DNA from: Bacteroidota bacterium
Lineage (GTDB): Bacteria > Bacteroidota > Rhodothermia > Rhodothermales > Rubricoccaceae
Length of the DNA: 64,000 nucleotides
Reading direction: 5' to 3'
NCBI GenBank assembly: GCA_039024395.1
Contig: JBCCQJ010000001.1
Span: forward strand, 3,288 to 67,287
Position 1 is the first letter of the stretch. Each line of letters opens with the position of its first letter. The position numbers and the translations under genes are program-made. The notes under the pieces were generated by a model. It searched no databases and had not been told where the DNA came from. It was given only the letters and a program-made list of their open reading frames with translations. Positions 26,573 to 35,178 of the stretch are shown piece by piece.

Positions 26573-27562
26573 TCATTCGGCGCCACCCGTGCGGTCTCGA
26601 CGCGGCGCGTGTCGCGACGGCGGGTGCCCGTGCCACCGCCGGTAGGCCCGCGTGAACGACGTCGGCTCGGTGTAGCCCAGCCGCTCGGCGACCTCCTGCA
26701 CAGACAGGCCCACGCCCAGCAGGCGGTCGGCGGTCTCGCGCCGGACGGTTTCCAGCACGACCGCGAACGTGGTGCCCTCGGCCGCGAGCCGACGCTGGAG
26801 GGTCCGCGCGGACAGGCCCAGCGCCGCCGCCGCCTCGGGGACCGAGACCGTGGCTCGGGGCAGAGCCTCAGCGAGGTGGTGCCGGACCGCGAGCACCGTC
26901 TCCGACCCGGTGGGCACCTGGGGTTCGGCGTAGTCGGCCAGCGCCGAGAGGGTGGCGTGGAGGGACGGGTCGGCAAGGCCGAGCGGGCGCGTCCACGACC
27001 CGGTCGGGAAGAGGATCTCGGCGTGTGCGGCGCCCAGCACCGTGGGCGCCCCGAACGCCTCCGCGAAGCCGTCGGCCGCCCCGCTGGCGGGCTCCGCGAG
27101 GCGGACCTCCACGAGCGGGGCGGGCAACACGGGCCGGAAGCGGCCCACGATCACGCCCAGCGTGAACGGCTCGCTCACGAAGCGAAACACCGAGGGGCCG
27201 TCGTGGCGGAGCCGGACGCGCCCCATCGAGACCTCCAGCCGCCCCACCGGTGAGACGAGCGCGAACCGGTCGGCGAGCGCCTGCAAGCCGGCCTCCAACG
27301 TCTGTGAGGTTCCCGCGAGGTAGTCCGTCACGCCGAAGGCCCCGAACGGAACCGCCATTCCAACGCGGGCGGGAAGCTCGGGCCGCGGGTCGGCCTCGAA
27401 GGCGGCTCTCCAGAGGCGGTAGAGCGTCTCGTCGGGGATCGTCGTGAAGTCGCCCACGCCGGGCGTCGCGCCGATCCCGGCCTGTCGCGCGAGCGCGTCG
27501 CCGTCGAGACCGACGGCCGTGAGGCCGAGGCACATGGCACGGAGGGTGGCGGCAGGGGTCAC
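26573..27562 (-). CDS. AraC family transcriptional regulator
   Basis: C-terminal HTH: SVPEAAAALGLSARTLQRRLAAEG...VAERLGYTEPTSFTRAYRRWHG. The start is uncertain (GTG 27562 or ATG 27535). Confidence 0.8.
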   Translation of the reverse strand: MTPAATLRAMCLGLTAVGLDGDALARQAGIGATPGVGDFTTIPDETLYRLWRAAFEADPRPELPARVGMAVPFGAFGVTDYLAGTSQTLEAGLQALADRFALVSPVGRLEVSMGRVRLRHDGPSVFRFVSEPFTLGVIVGRFRPVLPAPLVEVRLAEPASGAADGFAEAFGAPTVLGAAHAEILFPTGSWTRPLGLADPSLHATLSALADYAEPQVPTGSETVLAVRHHLAEALPRATVSVPEAAAALGLSARTLQRRLAAEGTTFAVVLETVRRETADRLLGVGLSVQEVAERLGYTEPTSFTRAYRRWHGHPPSRHAPRRDRTGGAE

Positions 27563-27752
27563 GAACAGGAGGTGGCGTGGACGGACAGGGTAACGGCAAT
27601 GCAGAGACCCACTCGGAGTGGCTCCTGCTCCGGGCCTTGAGCAGGGTCGTGGAACGCTGTCCCCAGCGCACCGCAGGCGATCTACCCTCGTGCCCTCCCC
27701 CATGACCATCTTCCCCTTCAATGCCGTGCGCAGGCCTGCCGGGGGAGGTTGA

Positions 27753-27784
27753 CGCCTCGGGGTCGGACTCAGGCCCCCGAGGCG
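27753..27784. repeat. CGCCTCGGGG / CCCCGAGGCG hairpin
   Basis: 10-bp perfect stem (27753-27762 / 27775-27784), 12-nt loop, in the divergent region between the AraC and sigma genes. Confidence 0.5.
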
Positions 27785-27844
27785 GATGCGCTGGCCGCGA
27801 CGCCTCCGGGTCTAGCTTCAGCGCTGCCCCCTGTCCCTCGCGCT

Positions 27845-28441
27845 GTGACCTCCGAGCATCACGCCCACTGGCTGGCCGTCGCCCGCCGCCACACCCGCGT
27901 CGCCACCGAGGCGGAGGACCTGCTGCACGACGCACTCCTGATCGCCGCCGCGGCAGGCCGGCTCGACCTGGACGAGGAGGCCAACCGCCGCTGGCTGACC
28001 GGCGTGATCCGCAAGCAGGCCGCGTTCCACGCGCGCTCGGCCGTCCGCCGCAAGCGGCGCGAGGCGACGGCGTCGGAGGAGGCGCACCCGGCCCTCCCCG
28101 AGGCGGTGCGCACGTCGTTCCGCCTCGGGGGGCTGGCGCCCTCGGTTCGGAGCGTGCTCGCGCTCGCGCTGCACGGCCTCCGCCGCGACGAGATCTGCGC
28201 CGTCCTCGGGATCTCGGCGGCCGCGTTCCGGCAGCGGCTGGTGGCGCTGCGCCGGGCCATCGGGCCGCTGCCCGACGACCTCCGGCGCGAGGCGCTCGCG
28301 CTCGCCTACGCGCGCCAGCGGTCGCGGGCGGATGATCTCGCGCTCGGCCTGATCCGCCGGGCGCTCCTCGCGCGCGCCCGCGTCGCTCCCGGCCTGGGCA
28401 CGCACGACCCGGACGGGCACCTGCTCATCTTCGGATCCTGA
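27845..28441 (+). CDS. ECF-like RNA polymerase sigma-70 family factor
   Basis: Region-2-like AEDLLHDALLIAA...RRWLTGVIRKQA. Region-4 HTH RRDEICAVLGISAAAFRQRLVALRR. A GTG start at 27845 is preferred because the ATG at 27749 lies inside the hairpin. Confidence 0.7.
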   Translation: MTSEHHAHWLAVARRHTRVATEAEDLLHDALLIAAAAGRLDLDEEANRRWLTGVIRKQAAFHARSAVRRKRREATASEEAHPALPEAVRTSFRLGGLAPSVRSVLALALHGLRRDEICAVLGISAAAFRQRLVALRRAIGPLPDDLRREALALAYARQRSRADDLALGLIRRALLARARVAPGLGTHDPDGHLLIFGS

Positions 28442-28501
28442 GGTTGGCCCTCACAGATCGGCAGCCAGCGGCAACGATCTCGTACACCTGCCCTCCTGCC
28501 C

Positions 28502-28885
28502 ATGGCCTCGTCCGTCTCCGCCCTCGTCTTCTACGTCGCCGACCTCGACCGCACCGAGCGGTTCTACGGCGACGTGCTCCACCTCGACCTCGACCGCGTG
28601 GACAGCGACGACGACCACCCTCCGCTTCTCACCGGCGCCGTCGGCGCGCTGTCGCTAGTGTTCATCCACAACCCCGACGACGCCCCGGGCCGCAGCCCCG
28701 TCGTGGTGTTCGGGCTCGACGGCGGCATCGAGGACGCCGTGGACGCGCTCGTGCAGCAGAACGTCGAGATCATCGCCCCCGTCAGCGAAGCGCCCGACGG
28801 CGGCCTCACGGCAGACTTCCTCGACCCCGACGGGCATACGCTCAGCTACCACCAGCCAGCGGGCCTCCCGGCTCGCCTCTCGTGA
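28502..28885 (+). CDS. VOC (glyoxalase/bleomycin-resistance) family protein
   Basis: ALVFYVADLDRTERFYGDVL...DFLDPDGHTLSY pattern. Confidence 0.75.
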   Translation: MASSVSALVFYVADLDRTERFYGDVLHLDLDRVDSDDDHPPLLTGAVGALSLVFIHNPDDAPGRSPVVVFGLDGGIEDAVDALVQQNVEIIAPVSEAPDGGLTADFLDPDGHTLSYHQPAGLPARLS

Positions 28886-29412
28886 TGCGCCCCCTCGCCA
28901 TGCGCGCCCTCGCTCTCGGTCTCGTTCTGCTCGCCGTGCCCGCGCTCGCGCAAGCCCCCCTCACCGAGCACACGCTCGCCCGCACCGACTCGGTCTCCCC
29001 TCCGGCCACCCTCGACGACGTGGCGTGGCTCGTCGGCTCCTGGCACGGGCCGGGCCTCGGGGGCACGTCCGACGAGGTCTGGCTACCGCCGGTCGGCGGC
29101 GCGATGCCCGGCATGTACCGCCTCGTGCAGGAGGGCCAGCCGGTGTTCTACGAGATCTGGGCGATCCGCGAGGTGGGCGGGTCGCTCGTGCTCGACCTGA
29201 AGCACTTCGACCCCGACCTGACGAGCTGGGAGGACCGCGACGAGAACACGACGTTCGAGCTCGTGCGGGTGGGGGGCCAGACGGCCTGGTTCGACGGGCT
29301 CACCTACCACCTCGCGGACCCGGATACGCTGCAGATCTGGGTGGCCCTTCGCGAGGGCGGCGCGGTCACCGAGGCGAGCCTCACCCTCCGCCGTCGGCCC
29401 GTGGCGCCCTGA
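28885..29412 (+). CDS. secreted small protein (DUF6265-like, from memory)
   Basis: Signal MRPLAMRALALGLVLLAVPALAQ. WLVGSWHG motif. The ATG overlaps the VOC stop (GTGATG). Its last ~46 codons are duplicated at 59380-59519. Confidence 0.7.
   Translation: MRPLAMRALALGLVLLAVPALAQAPLTEHTLARTDSVSPPATLDDVAWLVGSWHGPGLGGTSDEVWLPPVGGAMPGMYRLVQEGQPVFYEIWAIREVGGSLVLDLKHFDPDLTSWEDRDENTTFELVRVGGQTAWFDGLTYHLADPDTLQIWVALREGGAVTEASLTLRRRPVAP
29254..29393 (+). repeat. left copy of the 140-nt direct repeat bracketing the alginate locus
   Basis: Hand alignment to 59380-59519. The 113-nt core (29281-29393) has 2 mismatches. The 27-nt upstream part has 4 mismatches. Confidence 0.85.
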
Positions 29413-29538
29413 TCGGTTGGCGGCTGTAGTCTCCAGAAGCGAATGTCCTGGTAGCGATATCAGAGTGTGACCACCTCGCTCGTAGCCGGGCGGATGCGCC
29501 CTTCAAGCCGCAACTCGGGCACCATCTCAAGGGCTCGC

Positions 29539-29952
29539 TCATGCGCCGATGGACCCAGACGCAGTGTCCTCGGCATCGATCTCCTCGTGATCGTACCCGT
29601 CCGAGTTGGCTGGCGGCGAGATCACGACACCTTCGTCCGAGAACAGCATCAGCGTAGGCCATGCGCCGGCGGAGGATCCCCCAGCTTGATGACACTTGGA
29701 AGAGGTTGACGTCTGCGCTGCCTGGCGCGCGAGCCGCTGGCCGGAGACGTAGCCAACTTTCCGAGCGAGCATCGGGTCTCGCCCGCGTGAGAGACTGAGC
29801 TGACGGTCACCTCCCAAACGCCTCAGATCGTCGACCGTCATGAGATCGCGGCCCAACTCCGAGGCGGAGCGGCCTACCGAGTAACCGGAAGATCCGCGAG
29901 ATTGAGTGCGTGGTCGGCGAGGCTGACGAGGACCCCCAACTTCCCGGACCTC
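29539..29952 (-). pseudogene. relic resembling the C-terminus of a VirD4/TraG-type conjugative coupling protein
   Basis: Open frame reads ...GSSGYSVGRSASELGRDLMTVDDLRRLGGDRQLSLSRGRDPMLARKVGYVSG... followed by an acidic tail. It matches the recalled pattern (S.S...R.L.T.DE.RRL..D..L.....P....K..YY). There is no N-terminal part. Confidence 0.3.
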
Positions 29953-30082
29953 GGGCTGCTACGTCACGCAAGCAAGCCCGATGCAGTGGGAGAACGTCAC
30001 GCTCTGCGGGGCTCACAACGTCTGGACTGAGCTCGTACGGGCGCGACCAGGCCGAGCGCGCCGGCGGTGAGGAAGCGGCGAC

Positions 30083-30217
30083 GAGAGGGCATGGGGGTGG
30101 GGAAAAGGAATGGGGGGAGGGGGGAGAGCGGAGGGAGTGGGGAGAAAGGGGGGAGGAGGAGAAAGAGGTCTTTCCATTCCCTCCTTTCTCCCCATTCCTC
30201 CCACTCTCCCCCTTCTC
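30083..30217. repeat. homopurine tract followed by its inverted homopyrimidine copy (36-bp imperfect inverted repeat 30121-30156 / 30176-30211)
   Basis: 30083-30168 is almost all G/A (GGGG runs). 30169-30217 contains no G. About 29 of 36 arm positions match. Lies directly 3' of the kdgK stop on the minus strand, so it may act as a terminator. Confidence 0.6.
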
Positions 30218-30221
30218 AGAC

Positions 30222-31301
30222 TCAGCGTTCGACGCGCCCCGAGCCGGAGCCGCCGGCCAGCGTCTCGACCTCCCCCGCCGTCGTCAGGTTCAGGTCCCCC
30301 GGGATGGTCTGCTTGAGCGCGCTCGCGGCCACGGCGAAGTTCAGCGCCGCCTCGGCGTCGGCCTTCGTCAGCAGCCCGTGGATGAGGCCGGCCGCGAAGC
30401 TGTCGCCCCCGCCCACGCGGTCCACCAGACGCACGTCGTAGACCCGGCTACGGACCGCCTCGGCGAGCGGCTGCGCCGCGCCTGCGCCCCCGAGCAGCAT
30501 CGCGCTCCAGCCGTTGTCGCTCGCGCTGTGCGACTCGCGCAGCGTGATCGCGACCGCCGCGAAGCCGAAGTCGGCCTGCAGCCTCTCGGCCAGCCGCGCG
30601 TAGCCGTCGACGTCGAGCGCGCCCGCCTCGGCGGCGGCGGCGCCCGAGCCCTGGGTGCGCACCCCGAGCGAGCGGTCGGCGTCCTCCTCGTTGGCGATGC
30701 ACACGTCGACGTGCTCCATGAGCGGCCGCATCACCGCCTGCGCCTCGGCGGGGGTCCAGAGCTTCGAGCGGAAGTTGAGGTCGCACGAGACGGTCGCGCC
30801 GGCGGCCTTGGCGGCCCGGCACGCCGCCTCGACGGCCGCCCGCGGCTTCGGCCCCAGCGCCGGCGTGATGCCGGTCCAGTGGAACCAGTCGGCGCCGCTC
30901 GCCTCGGCGCCGCCCGCCTCGGTGGCGAAGGCGGCCTCCCAGTCGACCTCTGCGGCGTCCATCTGGCTCACCGCCGAGTGCGCCCGGTCGTAGACCACCG
31001 TCGACGGCCGCTGGCTGGCGCCGGTCTCGAGGAAGTAGATCCCCACCCGCTCGCCGCCGCGCACGACGAAGCGCGTGTCGACGCCGTACTGCCGCAGCCG
31101 GTTGACCGCCGCCTGCCCGATGGCGTGCGTGGGCAGCTTGCACACGAAGCGGGCGTCGTGGCCGAAGTGGGCCAGCGACACGGCCACGTTGGCCTCGCCG
31201 CCGCCGAACGTCGCGTCGAAGGCGTGGGCCTGGGCGAAGCGCTGGAAGCCCGGCGTCGAGAGCCGGAGCATGATCTCGCCGAAGGTGACGACGGTGGGCA
31301 T
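30222..31301 (-). CDS. kdgK: 2-dehydro-3-deoxygluconokinase (PfkB family)
   Basis: MPTVVTFGEIMLRLSTPGFQRF..., GGGEANVAVSLAHFG, VGGGDSFAAGLIHGLL. Start trimmed to the ATG at 31301. Confidence 0.85.
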   Translation of the reverse strand: MPTVVTFGEIMLRLSTPGFQRFAQAHAFDATFGGGEANVAVSLAHFGHDARFVCKLPTHAIGQAAVNRLRQYGVDTRFVVRGGERVGIYFLETGASQRPSTVVYDRAHSAVSQMDAAEVDWEAAFATEAGGAEASGADWFHWTGITPALGPKPRAAVEAACRAAKAAGATVSCDLNFRSKLWTPAEAQAVMRPLMEHVDVCIANEEDADRSLGVRTQGSGAAAAEAGALDVDGYARLAERLQADFGFAAVAITLRESHSASDNGWSAMLLGGAGAAQPLAEAVRSRVYDVRLVDRVGGGDSFAAGLIHGLLTKADAEAALNFAVAASALKQTIPGDLNLTTAGEVETLAGGSGSGRVER

Positions 31302-31352
31302 GGAGGGAATGGGAAGAGAGGAGGAAATGGGGGGAGTGGGGAGAATGGGGGG
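31302..31352. repeat. homopurine tract (C/T-rich leader of kdgK on the mRNA strand)
   Basis: GGAGGGAATGGGAAGAGAGGAGGAAATGGGGGGAGTGGGGAGAATGGGGGG. Shares the 14-mer GGGAGTGGGGAGAA with 30133-30146. Confidence 0.6.
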
Positions 31353-31409
31353 CGAGTCGTGCGAGACCTCAGGCTCCTTCATTCGTGCACGCCCCGGTTC
31401 CGGGTCTAG

Positions 31410-31585
31410 TACTGCGACCAGCCCACGTTGTCATCCTGAGGAGCCTCGCGACGAAGGATCTCAGCGCAACGTGTCGGCCGTCGCAACCGGCGGCGACGGC
31501 TTCGGCCGACGGCGCCCGGATCCTTCACTGCGTTGGCTGCGCCGTCGCTGCGCGGTCAGGATGACAGAGTGCATTGGTCGGGGTG
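31410..31585. mobile_element. MITE-like element with ~30-bp imperfect terminal inverted repeats, bounded by CTAG
   Basis: Left end ...CGACCAGCCCACGTTGTCATCCTGA matches the reverse complement of the right end ...CGACCAATGCACTCTGTCATCCTGA. CTAG at 31406-31409 and 31586-31589. No ORF. Confidence 0.55.
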
Positions 31586-31589
31586 CTAG

Positions 31590-31794
31590 AGCTTGTCATG
31601 AACTGGACCGCCCAAAACAGAGCGGAATCGGCCGTCGGCTGTTCCCCTCCCTTCCACCGAGTCATCCCGGACTCCGATCCGGGATCCATGCAGCGTCCGA
31701 GCGAGGTGGAGAGGCCGTATGGATTCCCGCCTGCGCGGGAATGACCGTGGTTTTGAAGGGTGTGGCTCCGCGTCCATCGAGTCCATGACAAGCT
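31590..31794. mobile_element. MITE-like element with a perfect 12-bp TIR (GAGCTTGTCATG, counting the flanking G/C), TA/CTAG bounded
   Basis: 5' ctaGAGCTTGTCATGAACTGG ... CCATGACAAGCTCtag 3'. Internal palindromes (CCCGGACTCCGATCCGGG, CCCGCCTGCGCGGG). Confidence 0.6.
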
Positions 31795-31798
31795 CTAG

Positions 31799-31906
31799 AG
31801 TGGTTCGTGCTGAGGTGCGGCCCGTGCCTCTCGCTGGAACCGGTCACGGCGTTCAGAGAAAGGCATGTCTGACCTACTGATGTACTGACTCACCGCCCCG
31901 CTGACC
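31799..31906 (-). repeat. 108-bp repeat family, copy 2
   Basis: Aligns with 430-538 and 52681-52788. Its right-hand CTAG (31907-31910) contains the TAG stop of eda. Confidence 0.6.
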
Positions 31907-32581
31907 CTAGGCGGCGTCGACGGCCTGGCGGAGGCGGCGGGCGTTGGCGGTCAGCCGGCCCCAGTCGCGCGCGGCGACCGCGTCGCGCTCGACGAGCGCC
32001 GAGCCGGCCCCGACGGCCACGGCGCCCGCGCGCAGCCACTCGGTCGCGTTGTCGAGCGAGACGCCGCCGGTGGGCATCAGCTTCAGGTGCGGCATCGGCG
32101 CGAGGACGCCTCGGATGAAGCCGGGGCCGAGCGAGCCGGCCGGGAACACCTTGACCACGTCGGCGCCCGCCTCGTGGGCGGCCAGGATCTCGGTGGGCGT
32201 GAAGCAGCCCGGCATGGCGGCCGCGTCGAGGGCGTGGGCGGCCGCGATCACCTCGCGGCGGAAGACGGGGCTGACGACGTAGCGGGCGCCGGCCTCGATG
32301 GCGGCGCGCGCCGTCGCGGCGTCGGTGACGGAGCCTGCGCCGACGAGGACGCTGCCGCGCATGGCCTCGGTGACGGCCCGGATGCCGTCGATGGCGCCCG
32401 GGACGGTCATGGTGACCTCGAAGCAGACGACGCCGCCGACCTGGAGGGCCTGGGCGACCTCGACGAGGCGGTCGGGGGCGTCGAGGCGGACGACGGCGAC
32501 GGCGCGGTCGCGCTCGATCCAGCGGACGACGTCGGCGCGGGTGTCGGCGGTGGGCTTGTCGAGGACGGGGTGGAAGGGCAT
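31907..32581 (-). CDS. eda: KDPG / 4-hydroxy-2-oxoglutarate aldolase
   Basis: VVCFEVTMTVPGA, GAGSVTD, MPGCFTPTEI, VKVFPA, MPTGGVS motifs. Confidence 0.88.
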   Translation of the reverse strand: MPFHPVLDKPTADTRADVVRWIERDRAVAVVRLDAPDRLVEVAQALQVGGVVCFEVTMTVPGAIDGIRAVTEAMRGSVLVGAGSVTDAATARAAIEAGARYVVSPVFRREVIAAAHALDAAAMPGCFTPTEILAAHEAGADVVKVFPAGSLGPGFIRGVLAPMPHLKLMPTGGVSLDNATEWLRAGAVAVGAGSALVERDAVAARDWGRLTANARRLRQAVDAA

Positions 32582-32680
32582 GGCAGGGCCGCCTCGGGGC
32601 GGAGTTGGCGGGCGGCGCGGAAAAAACAGACCGGGCGAGGGCTGGCTAGCCCCCGCCCGGAAGAACAGATTCTGTCGAGG

Positions 32681-34252
32681 CTAGCGGACGATGGACAGGG
32701 TCCGTGCCGCGACCACCGAGCCCGCGCGCAGCCGGACGTGGTAGAGGCCGGCAGCAAGGCCCGCGCCGTCCCACGTCAGCTCCTGCGCGCCAGCCGCAAG
32801 CGTGCCGTCGGCGAGCGTCGCCACGCGGCGGCCCATCACGTCGAACACCTCGACCGTGACGTCAGCCGGAGCGTCGAGAGCGAACGAGATGGTCGCCGAC
32901 CCCGAGGTGGGGTTGGGCGAGGCCCCGAGGCGGAGCGCCTCGACCTCCGGGCCGCGCGACACCGAAGTCCCGAAGGCACCGGTCGTCCCGATAGCCGCGT
33001 AGTACACGTCACCGACGACGTCGGTGCCGACCACCTCGAAGTCGAACTCCCAACCGGAGAGGTCGCTAGACTGGATTGCCGTCGGGGGCGACGCGAGCGA
33101 CGTCAGGTGGGCTGTCGTGCCATCCGTGTCGAAGCCGCCTGCGTTCGTCCACGTTGTGAAGTCGTCGATCGAGCTGGCAACCACGAAGTCTGTACTCCCT
33201 TCCGGCACCTCGTCGTCGTCGCCGTACGAGATCTCGATCCGGTCGATGTTGATCGCGTCCGACGAGTCGAAGAAGTACCACTCGAAGGCGTAGTACCGGA
33301 CCGGCGAGACGTCCGTGAGGCCGCCCTCGAACGTGCTGCTGCCGCTGTCAGCGTCGCCGCTGATCGCGCGGACACCGAAGAACTGGTCGTCCGACGGCCG
33401 CTCGGTGACGTAGACCGTGACGGGGCGGTATCCGTCCTCATCGCCAACGGGGTAGAACCGGTTGTTCTGCGAGGAGACTGTGCCCTTCGGAAGGCCACGC
33501 GCCAGCTCGCCGATGACGTAGGAGGCCGGCGACCCGCCGACGACGACCGAGCTGTTGTTCGAGATCAGCGTGAACCGGAAGTCGCCCGTGTCGAGATAGC
33601 CACTCGTGAGTGTGAACGTCGCGCGGCTGTTGTTGTCCATCGTCGCGTCGTTGAGGAGCGTGACCGTAGCGCCGTTCTCCTTCGCGATCTCGGTGCGGAA
33701 GAGCTGGTTGTCGTTGTTGTCGTAGTCACCGAGGTGGAGCGTCGCGTCCTCGTCGCCAGCGAAGATGAGGTCGATGAAGGCGGCCGAGGGCGGATCCGTC
33801 GAAGTCGCCCCGCGGCGCATGTCGAACGTGCCGCCAGAGGAGTTGTCGATGCTCCCGTGGATAGTCAGGCGGTGGTAGATCTCGCCAAACCCGACGCTGG
33901 TGTCTTCGTCTTGGTTCGAGAGTGGACGGAACTCGCCGTCGGCGTCGATGGTGAGGTCGCCGAAGATGGTGATCCCCTTCGCCACGTTGTCCACGCCCCC
34001 GCGGTCCATGCGGAGCCAACCGTCAGCATCGCCCTCTCCGCGGATGGTGACGTTGTTGGCGACGGCGTCATCCACATCGATCGTGACGGTGGAGTCGATC
34101 ACGACATCGTCGGTGGCCGTCGGGACGGCCCCGCCTGACCACGTGGCCGGGTCGCTCCAATTGCCGCTGAGGGCAACGGTGATCTGCGCCTGCGCGGTCA
34201 GCGGGACGAGCCCGAGGGCGAGGGCAGCGAGGAGGGGGTAGAAAGGTCGCAT
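32681..34252 (-). CDS. T9SS-secreted protein of unknown function (beta-helix-like N-terminal region, C-terminal sorting domain)
   Basis: Signal MRPFYPLLAALALGLVPLTAQAQ. GNWSDPATWSGGAVPTATDDVVID. CTD LGASPNPTSGSATISFAL...VEVFDVMGRRVATL...GLYHVRLRAG...LSIVR. Confidence 0.75.
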   Translation of the reverse strand: MRPFYPLLAALALGLVPLTAQAQITVALSGNWSDPATWSGGAVPTATDDVVIDSTVTIDVDDAVANNVTIRGEGDADGWLRMDRGGVDNVAKGITIFGDLTIDADGEFRPLSNQDEDTSVGFGEIYHRLTIHGSIDNSSGGTFDMRRGATSTDPPSAAFIDLIFAGDEDATLHLGDYDNNDNQLFRTEIAKENGATVTLLNDATMDNNSRATFTLTSGYLDTGDFRFTLISNNSSVVVGGSPASYVIGELARGLPKGTVSSQNNRFYPVGDEDGYRPVTVYVTERPSDDQFFGVRAISGDADSGSSTFEGGLTDVSPVRYYAFEWYFFDSSDAINIDRIEISYGDDDEVPEGSTDFVVASSIDDFTTWTNAGGFDTDGTTAHLTSLASPPTAIQSSDLSGWEFDFEVVGTDVVGDVYYAAIGTTGAFGTSVSRGPEVEALRLGASPNPTSGSATISFALDAPADVTVEVFDVMGRRVATLADGTLAAGAQELTWDGAGLAAGLYHVRLRAGSVVAARTLSIVR

Positions 34253-34285
34253 ATCATCGGTGGGAGGAGGAAGGAAGCAGAGGGC

Positions 34286-34312
34286 CTGTAACATGTAACA
34301 TGTCATACAGGA
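34286..34312 (-). promoter_or_regulatory. site 1 of the conserved PUL motif (with a 7-bp internal duplication), 34 nt upstream of the start codon
   Basis: Plus strand CCTGTAACATGTAACATGTCATACAGG. The outer arms CCTGTA/TACAGG are palindromic. Confidence 0.5.
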
Positions 34313-34399
34313 CAATTGAGTATAGCGGCTGGAAACGGGACTCGCAAGCGCTTCCAGGAACGAGCGGCCTATTTGCAGCTCGGCCCTTCGGGGAGTGCC

Positions 34400-35134
34400 T
34401 CAGGCCGCTTCGGCCTGCCTTGCCAGCGTCGTCTCGACATGCTCGCGCGCGACCTCCAGGTGCTCCCGCATCTCTGCCTCGGCTCGGCCGGCGTCACGGG
34501 CGAGGATGGCCTCGAGGATTCGGGTGTGCCAGTGGACCGCCGCCTCGTGGGCGTCGCCGACCACCTCGTACACGTTCGCCTTGATCGCCGGCATCAGCTT
34601 CTGGATCGGGCGGACGAACAGGGGCAGGAGCGGGTTGTGTGCCGCCTCGGCGATGAGAAGGTGGAACGTCATGTCGAGCTGCGAGAGCCGCTCCTGATCG
34701 CCCTTGACCGTCGCCAGGTCCGCCACGTTCGCTCTCAGCTTCTCGGCGTCGGAGGCCGCGTGGTGGACCGCCGCGGCGGCAGCGATCGGCGGCTCGATCA
34801 GTTGGCGCGCCCCCACGACGTGGAGCGCATGATCCGGCCCGGTGTGCATGTGGAGGTACAGCTCCATCGGCGTCGCCACCGAGTCGGCCGAGAGCCGCTG
34901 CACAAAGATGCCCCTCCCCTTCTCGATACGAAGGAGCCCACGCGCCGAGAGCACCCGGAGGGCCTCACGCATGACCGTCCGGCTCACCCCGAACTGCTCA
35001 CAGAGCTGCATCTCCGACGGAAGCTTGTCGCCCTGCCCGAAGTCACCCGCGCGGATGGCGTCCTCGATGGCCGTCTCGACGGTCTGGCTGAGCAACTCAG
35101 ACTTTCCGACGGCCTTGAATCGGGTCTTGGGCAT
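34400..35134 (-). CDS. GntR family (FadR subfamily) transcriptional regulator
   Basis: wHTH LPSEMQLCEQFGVSRTVMREALRVLSARGLLRIEKGRGIFV plus an FCD-like helical C-terminus. Start trimmed to the ATG at 35134. Confidence 0.88.
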   Translation of the reverse strand: MPKTRFKAVGKSELLSQTVETAIEDAIRAGDFGQGDKLPSEMQLCEQFGVSRTVMREALRVLSARGLLRIEKGRGIFVQRLSADSVATPMELYLHMHTGPDHALHVVGARQLIEPPIAAAAAVHHAASDAEKLRANVADLATVKGDQERLSQLDMTFHLLIAEAAHNPLLPLFVRPIQKLMPAIKANVYEVVGDAHEAAVHWHTRILEAILARDAGRAEAEMREHLEVAREHVETTLARQAEAA

Positions 35135-35178
35135 GGGGGCAACGGGGCGTGCCCCGCAACATACGCGAACGGGGGCAT

